64,000 nucleotides of DNA from Octopus sinensis (taxonomy: Eukaryota), in assembly GCF_006345805.1 (NCBI RefSeq), contig NC_043010.1:64852001-64916000 (forward strand), in the 5' to 3' direction. This document shows positions 23,620-64,000 of the stretch, piece by piece. Under the pieces are notes generated by a model that saw nothing but the letters and a program-made list of their open reading frames with translations, did no database searches and was not told where the DNA came from. Both the position numbers and the translations under genes were made by a program. Every line of letters begins with the position of its first letter. The first letter of the stretch is position 1.

Positions 23620-24600
23620 ACCTTCATTGATTTCAAATTTTGACACAAGGCCAGCAATCTCGGGAGAGAGGTACGCTGATTATATCGACCCCTCAGTTCT
23701 TGGCCGATACTTATCTTATAGACCCCACCTCACAAAAATGAAAGGCACATTTTCCCGGCATGCTAATTATTCTTTTCTGCTCTAGGTACAAGGCCCTAAA
23801 TTTAGGGGAGGGATCCAGTGGATTAGATCGATCCCTGTACGCAACTGCTACTTACTTTATTGACCCTGAAAGGATGAAAGGCAAAGTCAACCTCGGAGGA
23901 ATTTGAAATCAGAACGTAAAGACAGAGAAGATACCGCAAAGCATTTCGACCGGCGTGCTAACGTTTCTTCTTTCTCTATTGCCCACAAGGAACTAAACAT
24001 AGAGGGCACAAACAAAGACAGACAAACGGATTAAGTCGATTATATCGACCCTAGTGCGTAACTGGTACTTATTTAATTGACCCCGAAAGGATGAAAGGCA
24101 ATGTCGACCTCAGCGGAACTCAGAACGTAGCGGCAGACGAAATACCTATTTCTTTATTACCCACAAAGGGCTACACACAGAGGGCACAAACAAGGACAGA
24201 CAAACGGATTAAGTCGATTATATCGACCCTAGTGCGTAACTGGTACTTATATAATCGACCCCGAAAGGATGAAAGGCAATGTCGACCTCGGCGGAACTCA
24301 GAACGTAACGGCAGACGAAATACCGCAAAGAATTTTGCCCGGCGTGCAAACGTTTCTACCTGATCGCCGCCTTAATGCCTTGTACTTATATTATAAAAAA
24401 TTATTATTATTATTATCACCGTGGCGCGCTGGCAATATTGTGAAAGCAGTATTTCTTCCGAGTTCATACTCTGAGACCAAATTCCGCTAGCGGTCAACTT
24501 AGTCTTTCCTCGCTCCGGAGTGGAAAAATTAGTGTGCCAGTCCAGTACTAGGTGCGATGTACTAAATACCATAAAAAATACTGACCTCCTGCCTGTATAA
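23620..24600 (-). mobile_element. Cluster of SINE family B copies including a 178-bp tandem duplication
   Basis: ccccgaaaggatgaaaggc repeated; near-identical units start at 24001 and 24179; degenerate + copy after (att)n at about 24420. Confidence 0.85.
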
Positions 24601-25329
24601 AAACAATTATATACGGCGTTCAGCGGGAAAAATCATTAGCGGATATTTTTGGAGTCAGTGATCAGCCGATACCAAAACAGCCATCCACAACCACTCATAG
24701 CAATCCAACAAACATACCCTGCCACTAAATAACATAAATCTAATAAATACTACAAGATCCAAAGTAAGACGGGCGCATCGGAAGGCCTCGAAGTCGAAGA
24801 TTTTACACTAACGGAGACAACACTTGAATATCACCTGAGGAAACACAACTTGATCTCATTATGAAAAAAAGTCTTTTATGTTTCGAACCTACGCACTTCA
24901 ACTGAACAATGACTTACATAATTATATCTTTCTTCAATGTACACGTCTACCAATTGTGATATAATAAAAGAAGAAATACTGAAGACGATTTTGTTCCATT
25001 AATATCTTTGATAGAATTGTTTCTTTTATGAATGTCAATATTTGTAATAATTATGTTGCGAAGAGCTGGCAGATGAAGAAAGGGTAGAGTATTAGGTTGA
25101 ATTCGTTGCAGTGCTTCGCTGCAAGTATCGCTGCCGGACAACTTTTATTTTCTCTTTTTAATCATTGCGGTGTCCTTAAAATAAACATCAGTGAAAATAA
25201 TTCGGTCTTATAGACACGTTTCTCATGTCGTATGCATAACATTGTAACTAGTGATATTTATATGATGTCAATGATTATTAGAATGGTGAGCGAGGCCTTG
25301 TGAATGTGGGATCAATATTAGTGTGGTGA

Positions 25330-25945
25330 ATAAGGCAGCGAGCTGGTAGAATTGTTACCAGTCTGGACGAAATGTTTATCGGTGTTTCATCCATCGCTAC
25401 GTTCTGAAGTGAAATTCCGCCGAAGACGATTATGTCTTTCATCCTTTCGGGGTCGATAAACTAAGTGCCAGTGAAACATTGGGGTCGATGTAATCGACTA
25501 GACCCCCTCCCCAAGTTTCAGGACTTGTGTTTTTAGTAGAAAATATTATTAGGGTGGTGAATAAGGTGGGGATCTGGCAGAATCGTCAGATTTCGTCCGT
25601 CTTTACGCTTTGAGTTCAAATTCTGTCGAGGTCAACGATGCCTTTCATTCTTTCAGAGGCGATAAAATATTTAATAGACTTGCCCTTCCAATTAAATTTC
25701 TGGCCTTGTGCCAAAATTTGAAACCATTATTAGTGTGGTGAATGGAGCGTCGAGCGAGCAGTTTTTTAGAGCAGTGACAGAATGTATAGCAGGATTACTT
25801 TTCACTCCCTACATTTTGAGTTCAAATTCAGCCGATGGTGACCTTGCACTTCTTCGTTTCGGATTTGATAAAATAAATAGTAGTGAGCACTGAGATCGGT
25901 GTAATTGATCACCCCACCCACCAAATTGTTAGCCTTGTACAAAAA
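25330..25945 (+). mobile_element. Three head-to-tail SINE family B copies
   Basis: Heads at about 25332, 25560 and 25740, each preceded by tattagtgtggtgaat-like linker. Confidence 0.8.
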
Positions 25946-28106
25946 AAGAAATTGAAAATAAGATATTCAGACTGTACAATGTTGCGTGAGAGAGAGGAAT
26001 GGTAAAATGTGCGTTCGCGTTTATAGGGGCGGTATGGGGTTGTTTGTATGCGAAAGAGAGAAAAATATAGAGTGAAAAAGAGAGAAGTGTAGAGCTTACC
26101 ATTTCATTAAAATTATCAGTTTTTCGCCATCTGTTTTCTCGAGTAATCCCTGTTTTAGCCATGTATTATTTCGAGATAATTTTGGTGTTTAGGACGTGTT
26201 TAGGATAAAATGACAAACATCAACGTTTATAGATATAGATGAATTTATTAATTCGCATGACTGACCAGAGTTTATAATCATAGCTTCATTTATACAGATT
26301 ACACAAAACATTACAAGATTATATTGATTTATACATATATATATATTTATATATAAGCATCTGCTGTTGATCTCAGACTAGATTATTTATACTTATATTA
26401 CAGGAGGTTTTTTTTTTGCTGAGCCCCAGGCAAAATGTGGTTGACTAAATTAAAATATTACTGATCAATATTTTCTTGATCTAAGCAACGATATTGACAC
26501 CAACTGCATGTCCATGAATCGAGAAAGCAAGAGTTATGGATGAATGGAGAGATCATTAACACTAAAGACAGACACTTTTGAAGTGTATGATCTGAGAGGA
26601 AAGCGTCAGTATATGACTTGTGAAGAACGCATGGGATATAATTCTGATCGGCGAGGATACACACTGTGTATAAATGCGATGGATATCGAGGGTATATGGA
26701 TAGAAAGGGCAACAATTGTATACTTATTGAGATGAGAGGCGAGATATTTCAGTAATCATGGCACCATAGTATGTGAATTAGGAAGACTCCAGTTATCTTT
26801 GAACTGAAGAATACTATTAACTGAAATGACAGCAACATTATATGAAAGAAGCTACCAACCTTGTATGTATAGAGACAGGAGAAATGGTAAATGAAGCAGT
26901 GGTGTATCAATTGAGAGGATAACTGTGTTACGTGAATTGGTTTTTATTAAAACATTGTCGCTGTTTCGAAGTAGCTGAACGTTACCTCTCGAAATTGTAG
27001 GAATGTCAAATGTTATATAATATTAAAATTTAGGATATCAAGTGGGTTGATTTAATATAAGAAACGATAAAAAAGTGAGAAATATATAGACAAAATATTG
27101 AAAATGGAGAGAGGGGCAAAGGAGACTGATTGTAATAAATCAGCACGTAAAATACTGTAAGATATATAATTAAGAAAAATGTGAATAAGAGCAATGACTC
27201 AAAAGATTAAATGGCATAAATTTAGATAACTATGTTAACCGGCGATATACTTAATGCTGTATACACACAATAGAAAAAAAATAGTGATTAATCTTAGTTG
27301 GGGACAATAAAAATTAATTTATCGCTAATTGTGGCATAGTCTCAAAAAAAAAAGATGTAATAATTCCAAGATATCAATATTAACATTTCATAGTTAATTG
27401 ACTTGTGTAGGAAAGAAAAACCTCAACCATTTATTTATAGGCAAGGAGAGCCATATTTTCGTTTGTTGAAAACCATAAATTTGGCGCATCCTTTCTAAGG
27501 CTTCCTGACGAATTAACATTGACATTTCGGGAAGGAAAAGTGTTCCGAATTAATTTTGGCCGCTGTAATCAGCATAAGGTATTATTACCAAATTATGCTC
27601 ATAGTTGGCCTATATGTGTAAACAAAGATGAAGCCCGCTCCGTAGCATGTAATTTAATTTTGAGAGACGAATTCTTATCTTCTTGAAATGGTTTTCCTTT
27701 TCCTTTGAGAGAAACAAAGAATTCCCGCGAGGCTCTTGTTTTCGTTATCCAACAAACAAGTAATTGTTTTGCATACATCATTTCTTATTTCATAAGATGT
27801 AAAACTTATTATGAGAGATCTCTAAAATGATTCACTCCTACACATCACTGTACAAAATTGGAGTATAGAGACGATTCGTTCTGTAAATATTCTGCAACTT
27901 TCCAAACGAAGGCGTAGGATTCCTGTCAAAGAAATAAATATGAGTTATTCAATCAAATCATTTAAAATGACTTAATACACAATTATTTTATTTTACTGTA
28001 TCCTTTACTTAGCATTATAAATTCCGTCCATATCTAATAAAAATAACTTTCGAAATAAGCTCTTGGTACTAATTTACGCAGATGTATTCATTATATGAAG
28101 ATATAC

Positions 28107-28500
28107 TAAGGCGGCGAGCTGGCAGAATCGTTAGCGCGCCGGGCGAAATGCTTAGCGTTATTTCATCCCTGTGAACATTATTAGCTCAAATTCCGCCGAG
28201 GTCGACTTTGCCTTTCATCCTTTCGGGGTCTATAAATTAAGTACCAGTTACGCACTGGGGTCAATGTAATCTATTAACTTCCTCCCCAAATTCCAGGCCT
28301 TGTGTCTTAAGTAGAAAGCTGTCAAAATCGGGCGAAACGCTTAGCGGTATTTCGTCCGTGTGAACATTCTGAATTCAAATTCTGCCAAGGCATCTTTCAT
28401 CTTTCGTCGATAAAAATAGGTACCAGTGAAACACACTAGTAGATGTAATCGACTAGTACTTTCCCCCAAACTTTCAGCCCTTGTACCTTTAGTAGAAATG
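28107..28500 (+). mobile_element. SINE family B dimer
   Basis: aaggcggcgagctggcagaatcgttagc head; second copy from about 28325. Confidence 0.85.
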
Positions 28501-29384
28501 ATTACATGAAGATATACTAACTTCTTAAATATGGAACATATCAGAGGTGTATGTCTAAATAGATAACATTGTTCTAAATAAAGTAATTGTGAACTATAAT
28601 TTTGGTGATCCCGGACATGAATCATTACAAAGTCCTATTAATTTCCTCTCATAATATCGAGATTAAAATAATGGTGATTTACTGATTTTGTACAGTAACA
28701 TATAACATTCCTTAACTCAATGGCCAGCCACTGGTTACTGAGTGTTCCCTATAAGATATATTAATAAATAGATGTAAAGTTTATTGATGTGGCCTCCTGC
28801 TGTACTTTTGAATTTGTTTATCTAAATTGAGAGAAATATTTACCTATCACTAACAATGAAATTCAAACTCGCAACATGTCCAAAATAACACGTTTAAAAA
28901 TTTCTAGGGTAGCAAGGGAAATGTTTCAGTTCTTTCGATTCTGGAGTTTGCTAATCAAATTTACCCACATATATACGACCTACTGTTCGTACATTTCCGG
29001 TGTAAGATAACTAATCCAAATAATCATTAGTGTATCAATGATCACCAAACTTGAAACTTATTTTCAGAAAAGTGTTCAAATAACAGTAAAAATTTTAACG
29101 ACAGATTTTTCTCTTTCTGATATTTAGCAAAACTTGGTTGAAGCACATAAACGAAAGCGAGAGAAAGATGTTGTTATACTCACACTGTCAGGTATTATAT
29201 TTGGTTCTATTTTCTTGACCAGTCGAACCAACCGTACTATGTTGACTACTGATTGACTGGTTATTGCAGCTTTCAAAATGTGAATGACGCACAGCATACC
29301 ACTTTTATGGAAATTTTTACTTTACATGAAAGAAGGATGAGAATTGTTTTAGGTTTAAAAACATGTTAATAATACATTATAACA

Positions 29385-30310
29385 CAGGGTGAGTGTCTTC
29401 CCGACTCCTAGGGCAAAGAAACTCATAGTATACATTGGTAGGCCATTAAACTAAACTCAGTAGTTCGTTCATTTTTTTAAAGTTAAATTAAAATACATGG
29501 GTAGTAATAGTTCTCACATCGACAATGCTCTTCTCAATACGTGTGATGTACCAGTTAAGACAATCTTTTGCACTTCTTGCAGGGATGGTAAGCCAGGGAT
29601 CATTCTCATATAATTTTCGGTTCCCTTCTTGATCATTCCTAGTGTTCCTACGATCACTGGTATTGTAACCGCCTTGAGATGCCACATTTTCTCAATTTCA
29701 ATGAGCAGGTCCTTATATTTTCTGAGCTTGTCAAACTCTTTCGCCGAGATATTATGATCACAGGGAATGCTCATGTCGATCAATAAGCAAACTTTATTGT
29801 TTTGGTCTTTCACAACAATATCCGGTTTATTGGCTTTGATGGTTCGGTCTGTATGTACTGGGAAGTCCCACAGAATCGCTACATTTTCTCCTTCAGTTAC
29901 ATCTTCAGGGTGGTGATTATACCACTTGTCGGTAGTTTTGATATTGTAATGCCGACTTATTAGCCAGTGTAGATATTGGCCAACTCTGTCATGTCTTAAT
30001 TTATGCTCCACTGGTGCTAAGACTTTACATCCAGAGATTAGGTGGTCCACCGTTTCAATCATGTCGTTGCAGAATCGGCATTTTGGGTCTGCTCCATTTT
30101 TCATCACACTGGTCCCCGGTAGTTCCGGGTTAATAGGCTTTGATCTTGAGCAGCCAGGATGAAACCTTCGCTCTCTGCTTTTAGCCCTGAGCTCCGTAGC
30201 CACTGATGGGTTTGCTTCTGGTCAACATCAGCTTGTTTGCTACGGGCCACATATTTGCCGTGCAGAGGTTTCGCCTCCCACCTATCAGCCAATTGCTCGT
30301 GCGCTTTTTC
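29385..30310 (-). mobile_element. R4/Dong-type non-LTR retrotransposon (RLE endonuclease), 5'-truncated, copy 1
   Basis: QWLRSSGLKAESEGFILAAQDQ, CRFC..ET.DHLISGC, RHD, KPDIVV (PD-D/ExK), KYKDL; flanked by (TAA)n. Confidence 0.92.
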
Positions 30311-30370
<60 letters not shown>

Positions 30371-30399
30371 GTTATTATTATTATTATTATTATTATTTT

Positions 30400-31907
30400 C
30401 CTTCTTTCTTCAAATTTTCTTCCATTCCTAGCCGGTTGTTTTCCGTATACCTAGGGCAGAGAAGCTCATTGTATGCATTCCCAGATTATATCGTAAATTC
30501 ACAGGTAAAATATATATTTTTAAAAATTAATAAACAAATGAATTCAGGAATGGATGTTGTTTTCACAGCGATAATGCTCTTCTCAGTACATGAGCCGTTC
30601 CAGTTAACACGATTTTTTGCTCTTCCTGTAGGGATGGTAAGCCTGGAATCATTTTCAAATAGGTTTCAGTATCTTTTTTTATCATTCCTAGAGATCCTAC
30701 AATCACTGGTACTGTAGTCGCCTTGAGATGCCACATTTTTTCAATTTCTATTAGCAGGTCTTTATATTTACTAATCTTGTCAAATTCTTTCGCCGCTATA
30801 TTGTGATCGCAAGGGATACTCATGTCAATTAATAAACACATCTTTTTTGTCTGATCTTTTATAATAATATCCGGTTTATTAGCTTTTATAGTCTTGTCTG
30901 TCTATACGGAGAAGTCCCATAGAATCGACACATTTTCTCCCTCAGTCACAGCTTCAGGATGATGTTTATACCATTTGTCAGCGGTTTTGATTTTATAATA
31001 CCGACATATTGTCCAATGTAAATACTGGCCGACTCTGTCATGTCTTGCTTTATATTCTTCAGGTTCTAAGACTCTACACCCTGAGATTAGGTGGTCTATT
31101 GTTTCAATCTCATCGTTACCGAATCGCCATTTTGGGTCAGCTCCATTTTTTATCACATTGGCTTGGTAGTTCCGGGTTAATAAGCTTTGGTCTTGAGCAG
31201 CTAATATAAAACCTTCACACTCTACTTTTAGTCCTGAGCTTCATAACCATTGATGCGTATGCTTCTGGTCGACATCGGCTTGTTTGCTACGGGCGACATA
31301 CTTGCCATGCAGAGGTTTCTGTTCCCATATGCTAGCTAATTTTTCATGTGCTTTGCAATCAATTTTATTTTCTTTGCAGCAGCAGTTGGCGCATTTCCTT
31401 CAACTTGATCAATCTGGTATGTATCTAAGAGATCAGTAGCGAATGTTTCGCTCTCTTTCAGAATAGAGTGAAGTTTTTTCGGTCTTTCATGTTTTTCAAC
31501 AAATTTTAGCATCCAATCTTTGGCTGTTTCAAGGTATTTGGCCAGTCCGATTGTGGTGGTTTTGTACGTAAGTTCAAGCTGGATCAAGCCTCGACCTCCC
31601 TGAGCTCTGGGAAGGTAAAAACGATCAACATCTGCCTTTGGATGGCACATGTTATTACAAGTCAGTGGATTGCAGATTTTTCTATCAACTTTCATTATTT
31701 CACTGGTATTCCAGTTAAGCACATTGAAACTATAAAGAACAACTGGGACTCCTAAGGAATTTATGGCTAACACCTTATTATATGCATTTAGCTCAGACTT
31801 CAGGACTGCTCGAACTCTTCTATAACATTCCTTCCTAACTTTCTCTTTCATGTTTGCATGCTGGATACCAGAGCCTCCTTTTATTCCTAGGTATTTATAG
31901 GTCTGTT

Positions 31908-31908
<1 letters not shown>
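30400..31908 (-). mobile_element. R4/Dong-type RLE LINE, copy 2 (longer, degraded)
   Basis: YKYLGI, RFYLPRAQGGRGLI, same RLE domain; preceded by (TAA)n(TGA)n array 31908-32072. Confidence 0.9.
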
Positions 31909-32073
<165 letters not shown>

Positions 32074-33503
32074 AGTCCTGTTTTCAGAGGCTGAATATCT
32101 GCTATGTACAACGACATCTGTTCGGTGGCTAAAGTAAATGACCACCTATCAAAATAGTTTAACTTCGCTCGTTCGGCCCATCAATGACTCCCAGTCTCGC
32201 CTCTCTGTACTTACTGACTCGCCGTGTAATCTACATGATTTTGCATTGATACTGATTTGCGTGGGATGAAGAGGGACTCAAGTGTTAACCTGGAACATGC
32301 TACAAAAGCTAAAATTCTGGTGGGCAGTGAAGTGTGTGGTTTTGAAAGACTCTGGCACTCAACTAGAAGGAAACATATGTCATCATAGAAGTATCACACA
32401 CAATAACTACATTACATTTATACATAAAAGCTATTACACAAAATATTACTCAAATATCACAAAACACACACGATATCTTTAAAAGCACATACCGCAAAGA
32501 AGTAATGGACATCAGGGACAGAAATTCTCGTGGAAGCACTTACAGCCATCCAGATTAGGCAGTAAAAATGTACATGGCTTAAAGTCACTAGATATAGATG
32601 CAAAATCCATCAGTGAGAGCAGAATTTTCGAGCCTTAAGATTTTATGCACATTTTCGATTCATATAAGGTGTGCAAATCCCAAAGTCTAACGTGATTGGG
32701 AGGCGTAGTGTTTTGGAGTTTCGGAAGTGTCTAGATCTCACTATAACTACCCTTTTAATTGACCTAGAAAGTACGTTGGTGATTCTGGGGGAGGGGGATT
32801 CAGACAAGTAGTTGTTTATGCTCCTGCAGTGATGGATAACCAGAATTCTTCAAGTGTCAGGAGGTTTCCTTGGAACCGTAGCATTCTTTAGTATTAGAAA
32901 GCTACTGTATCATCATCTTGAATGTACGTTTTGATTTGTGAGACAAGCTGATATGGGCAGGGTGAAAAAGCTTCACAATCTGCTCGATATTTCCAACGGT
33001 CTGAAAAATACTTCATGGATTTTCTGGATCCACCATTGTAGACATGGACAAACAGCGTTGGATCATTCAGATCGTATTTAGATAGAGCGTTCTCTAGGCC
33101 AGCAGATAAAGCATAATTTATCTTCAATTTAAAATTGTTGGCTGCGAAATCCACAACTCTGTAATCTGTACGGTCGACAAAGATAGGCTTTGTAGGCAGG
33201 GATGCGGTTACTGGAAGCTGGACGTTTCTTTCCGACACTCGATTTCACACAAACTGCATTAGTTTATTAGTTACGCAGATGTTCGCTAGGGCAATCGTCA
33301 ATAACAGGTGGGGATTCGCCATCCCAAAAAGTGATTAAATAACGATCGATAAGGTTTAGTAAAGTGATAGCAATAAAGAAAACGGGGTCAGAGGGAAACT
33401 TATTTAAAAACATAGAAGACTTAGTTAAAAAGAGAAATTGTTTTCGAATGGGATCACAACGGATGTAGCGGGAATTTGTGAATTTATCAATATTTTCACT
33501 TAC

Positions 33504-63412
<29,909 letters not shown>

Positions 63413-63589
63413 CTGAAATCAAAGTGGTTACAGACAAATTGCAATAAGGATAATTTTATAGTCTTATATAGACGGTAAGATCTGCCACAACGAAGTAAAG
63501 TTATTCTTGTCCATCAATTTCATTTCATCTTAAGATAAAGAAATATAATCTATCTTGTATGAAAAATGGACAAATAAATTATTAAGATG

Positions 63590-64000
63590 GGTGGGCCGAA
63601 AGATTCATTGGTTAACTATGAAGGAATGAGGCTAGAGCTCTGAAATGCTACATGAATGAATTTCAGCACATTTTATTAATTGTAAACTGACATTTGATTG
63701 TTCAAAGAAGACTTCAAATGTAAGTAGCAGCAACTACTCAGCGTCGTGTTGTTATCAAATACCTACAAAAGAAAAGGTTTAGTCCCGGAGGACATTCATG
63801 CTGACATGGTTGCCACATTAGGGCATGACATTCCAGCTTTAACAACATTGCAAAAGTGGGCAGTTGAATTTAGCGGATGAGGGTGTGTGTCTTGATGTTA
63901 ACGCAAGGTCTGGAGGTCCTGAAACTGCCATGAGCCAGGAAAACAATGTTCGTGATCACTCTATAGAGATAGTGACAAGCGAGTGACCAAAAGCCAAATA
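63590..64000 (+). mobile_element. Degraded mariner 5' part, same subfamily as 58240-59000 but opposite orientation
   Basis: ggacattcatgctgacat...tgcaaaagtgggcagttgaatttag matches the reverse complement of about 58670-58770. Confidence 0.78.

Noticed and set aside
23960-24375. Regularly spaced near-identical repeats, superficially CRISPR-like
   Set aside because: They are 178-bp SINE duplications with no unique spacers, in a eukaryotic context with no cas genes.

Overview
AT-rich, microsatellite-dense eukaryotic DNA. The SINE families and repeat content point to an octopus or other coleoid cephalopod (inference, not verified). One host gene can be reconstructed by hand on the minus strand, from beyond 64000 down to about 33500 or 32900: a receptor-type protein tyrosine phosphatase. 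It has a MEGF10/Draper-type EGF repeat exon, a transmembrane exon, a juxtamembrane region with an ITAM-like YEEI-x8-YVNV tandem, a catalytically intact D1 (KNRY, YINA, DFWRMIW, KCxQYWP, WPDHG, VHCSAGVGRTG, MVQ) and a strongly degenerate D2. The linker and terminal exons of D2 cannot be fully resolved. The rest of the window is transposon-derived: Penelope-like elements (several, with hammerhead-ribozyme motifs, inversions and a near-perfect fold-back), two CR1-type LINEs nested in older elements, a cluster of (TAA)n-targeting R4/Dong-type RLE LINEs, a Tx1/L1 fragment, a full-length DD34D mariner, Tc1/maT and mariner remnants, a Helitron-like non-autonomous element and at least three tRNA-derived SINE families. 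Most short ORFs in the supplied track are microsatellite or antisense artefacts. All family assignments rest on motif recognition by eye; no searches were run.
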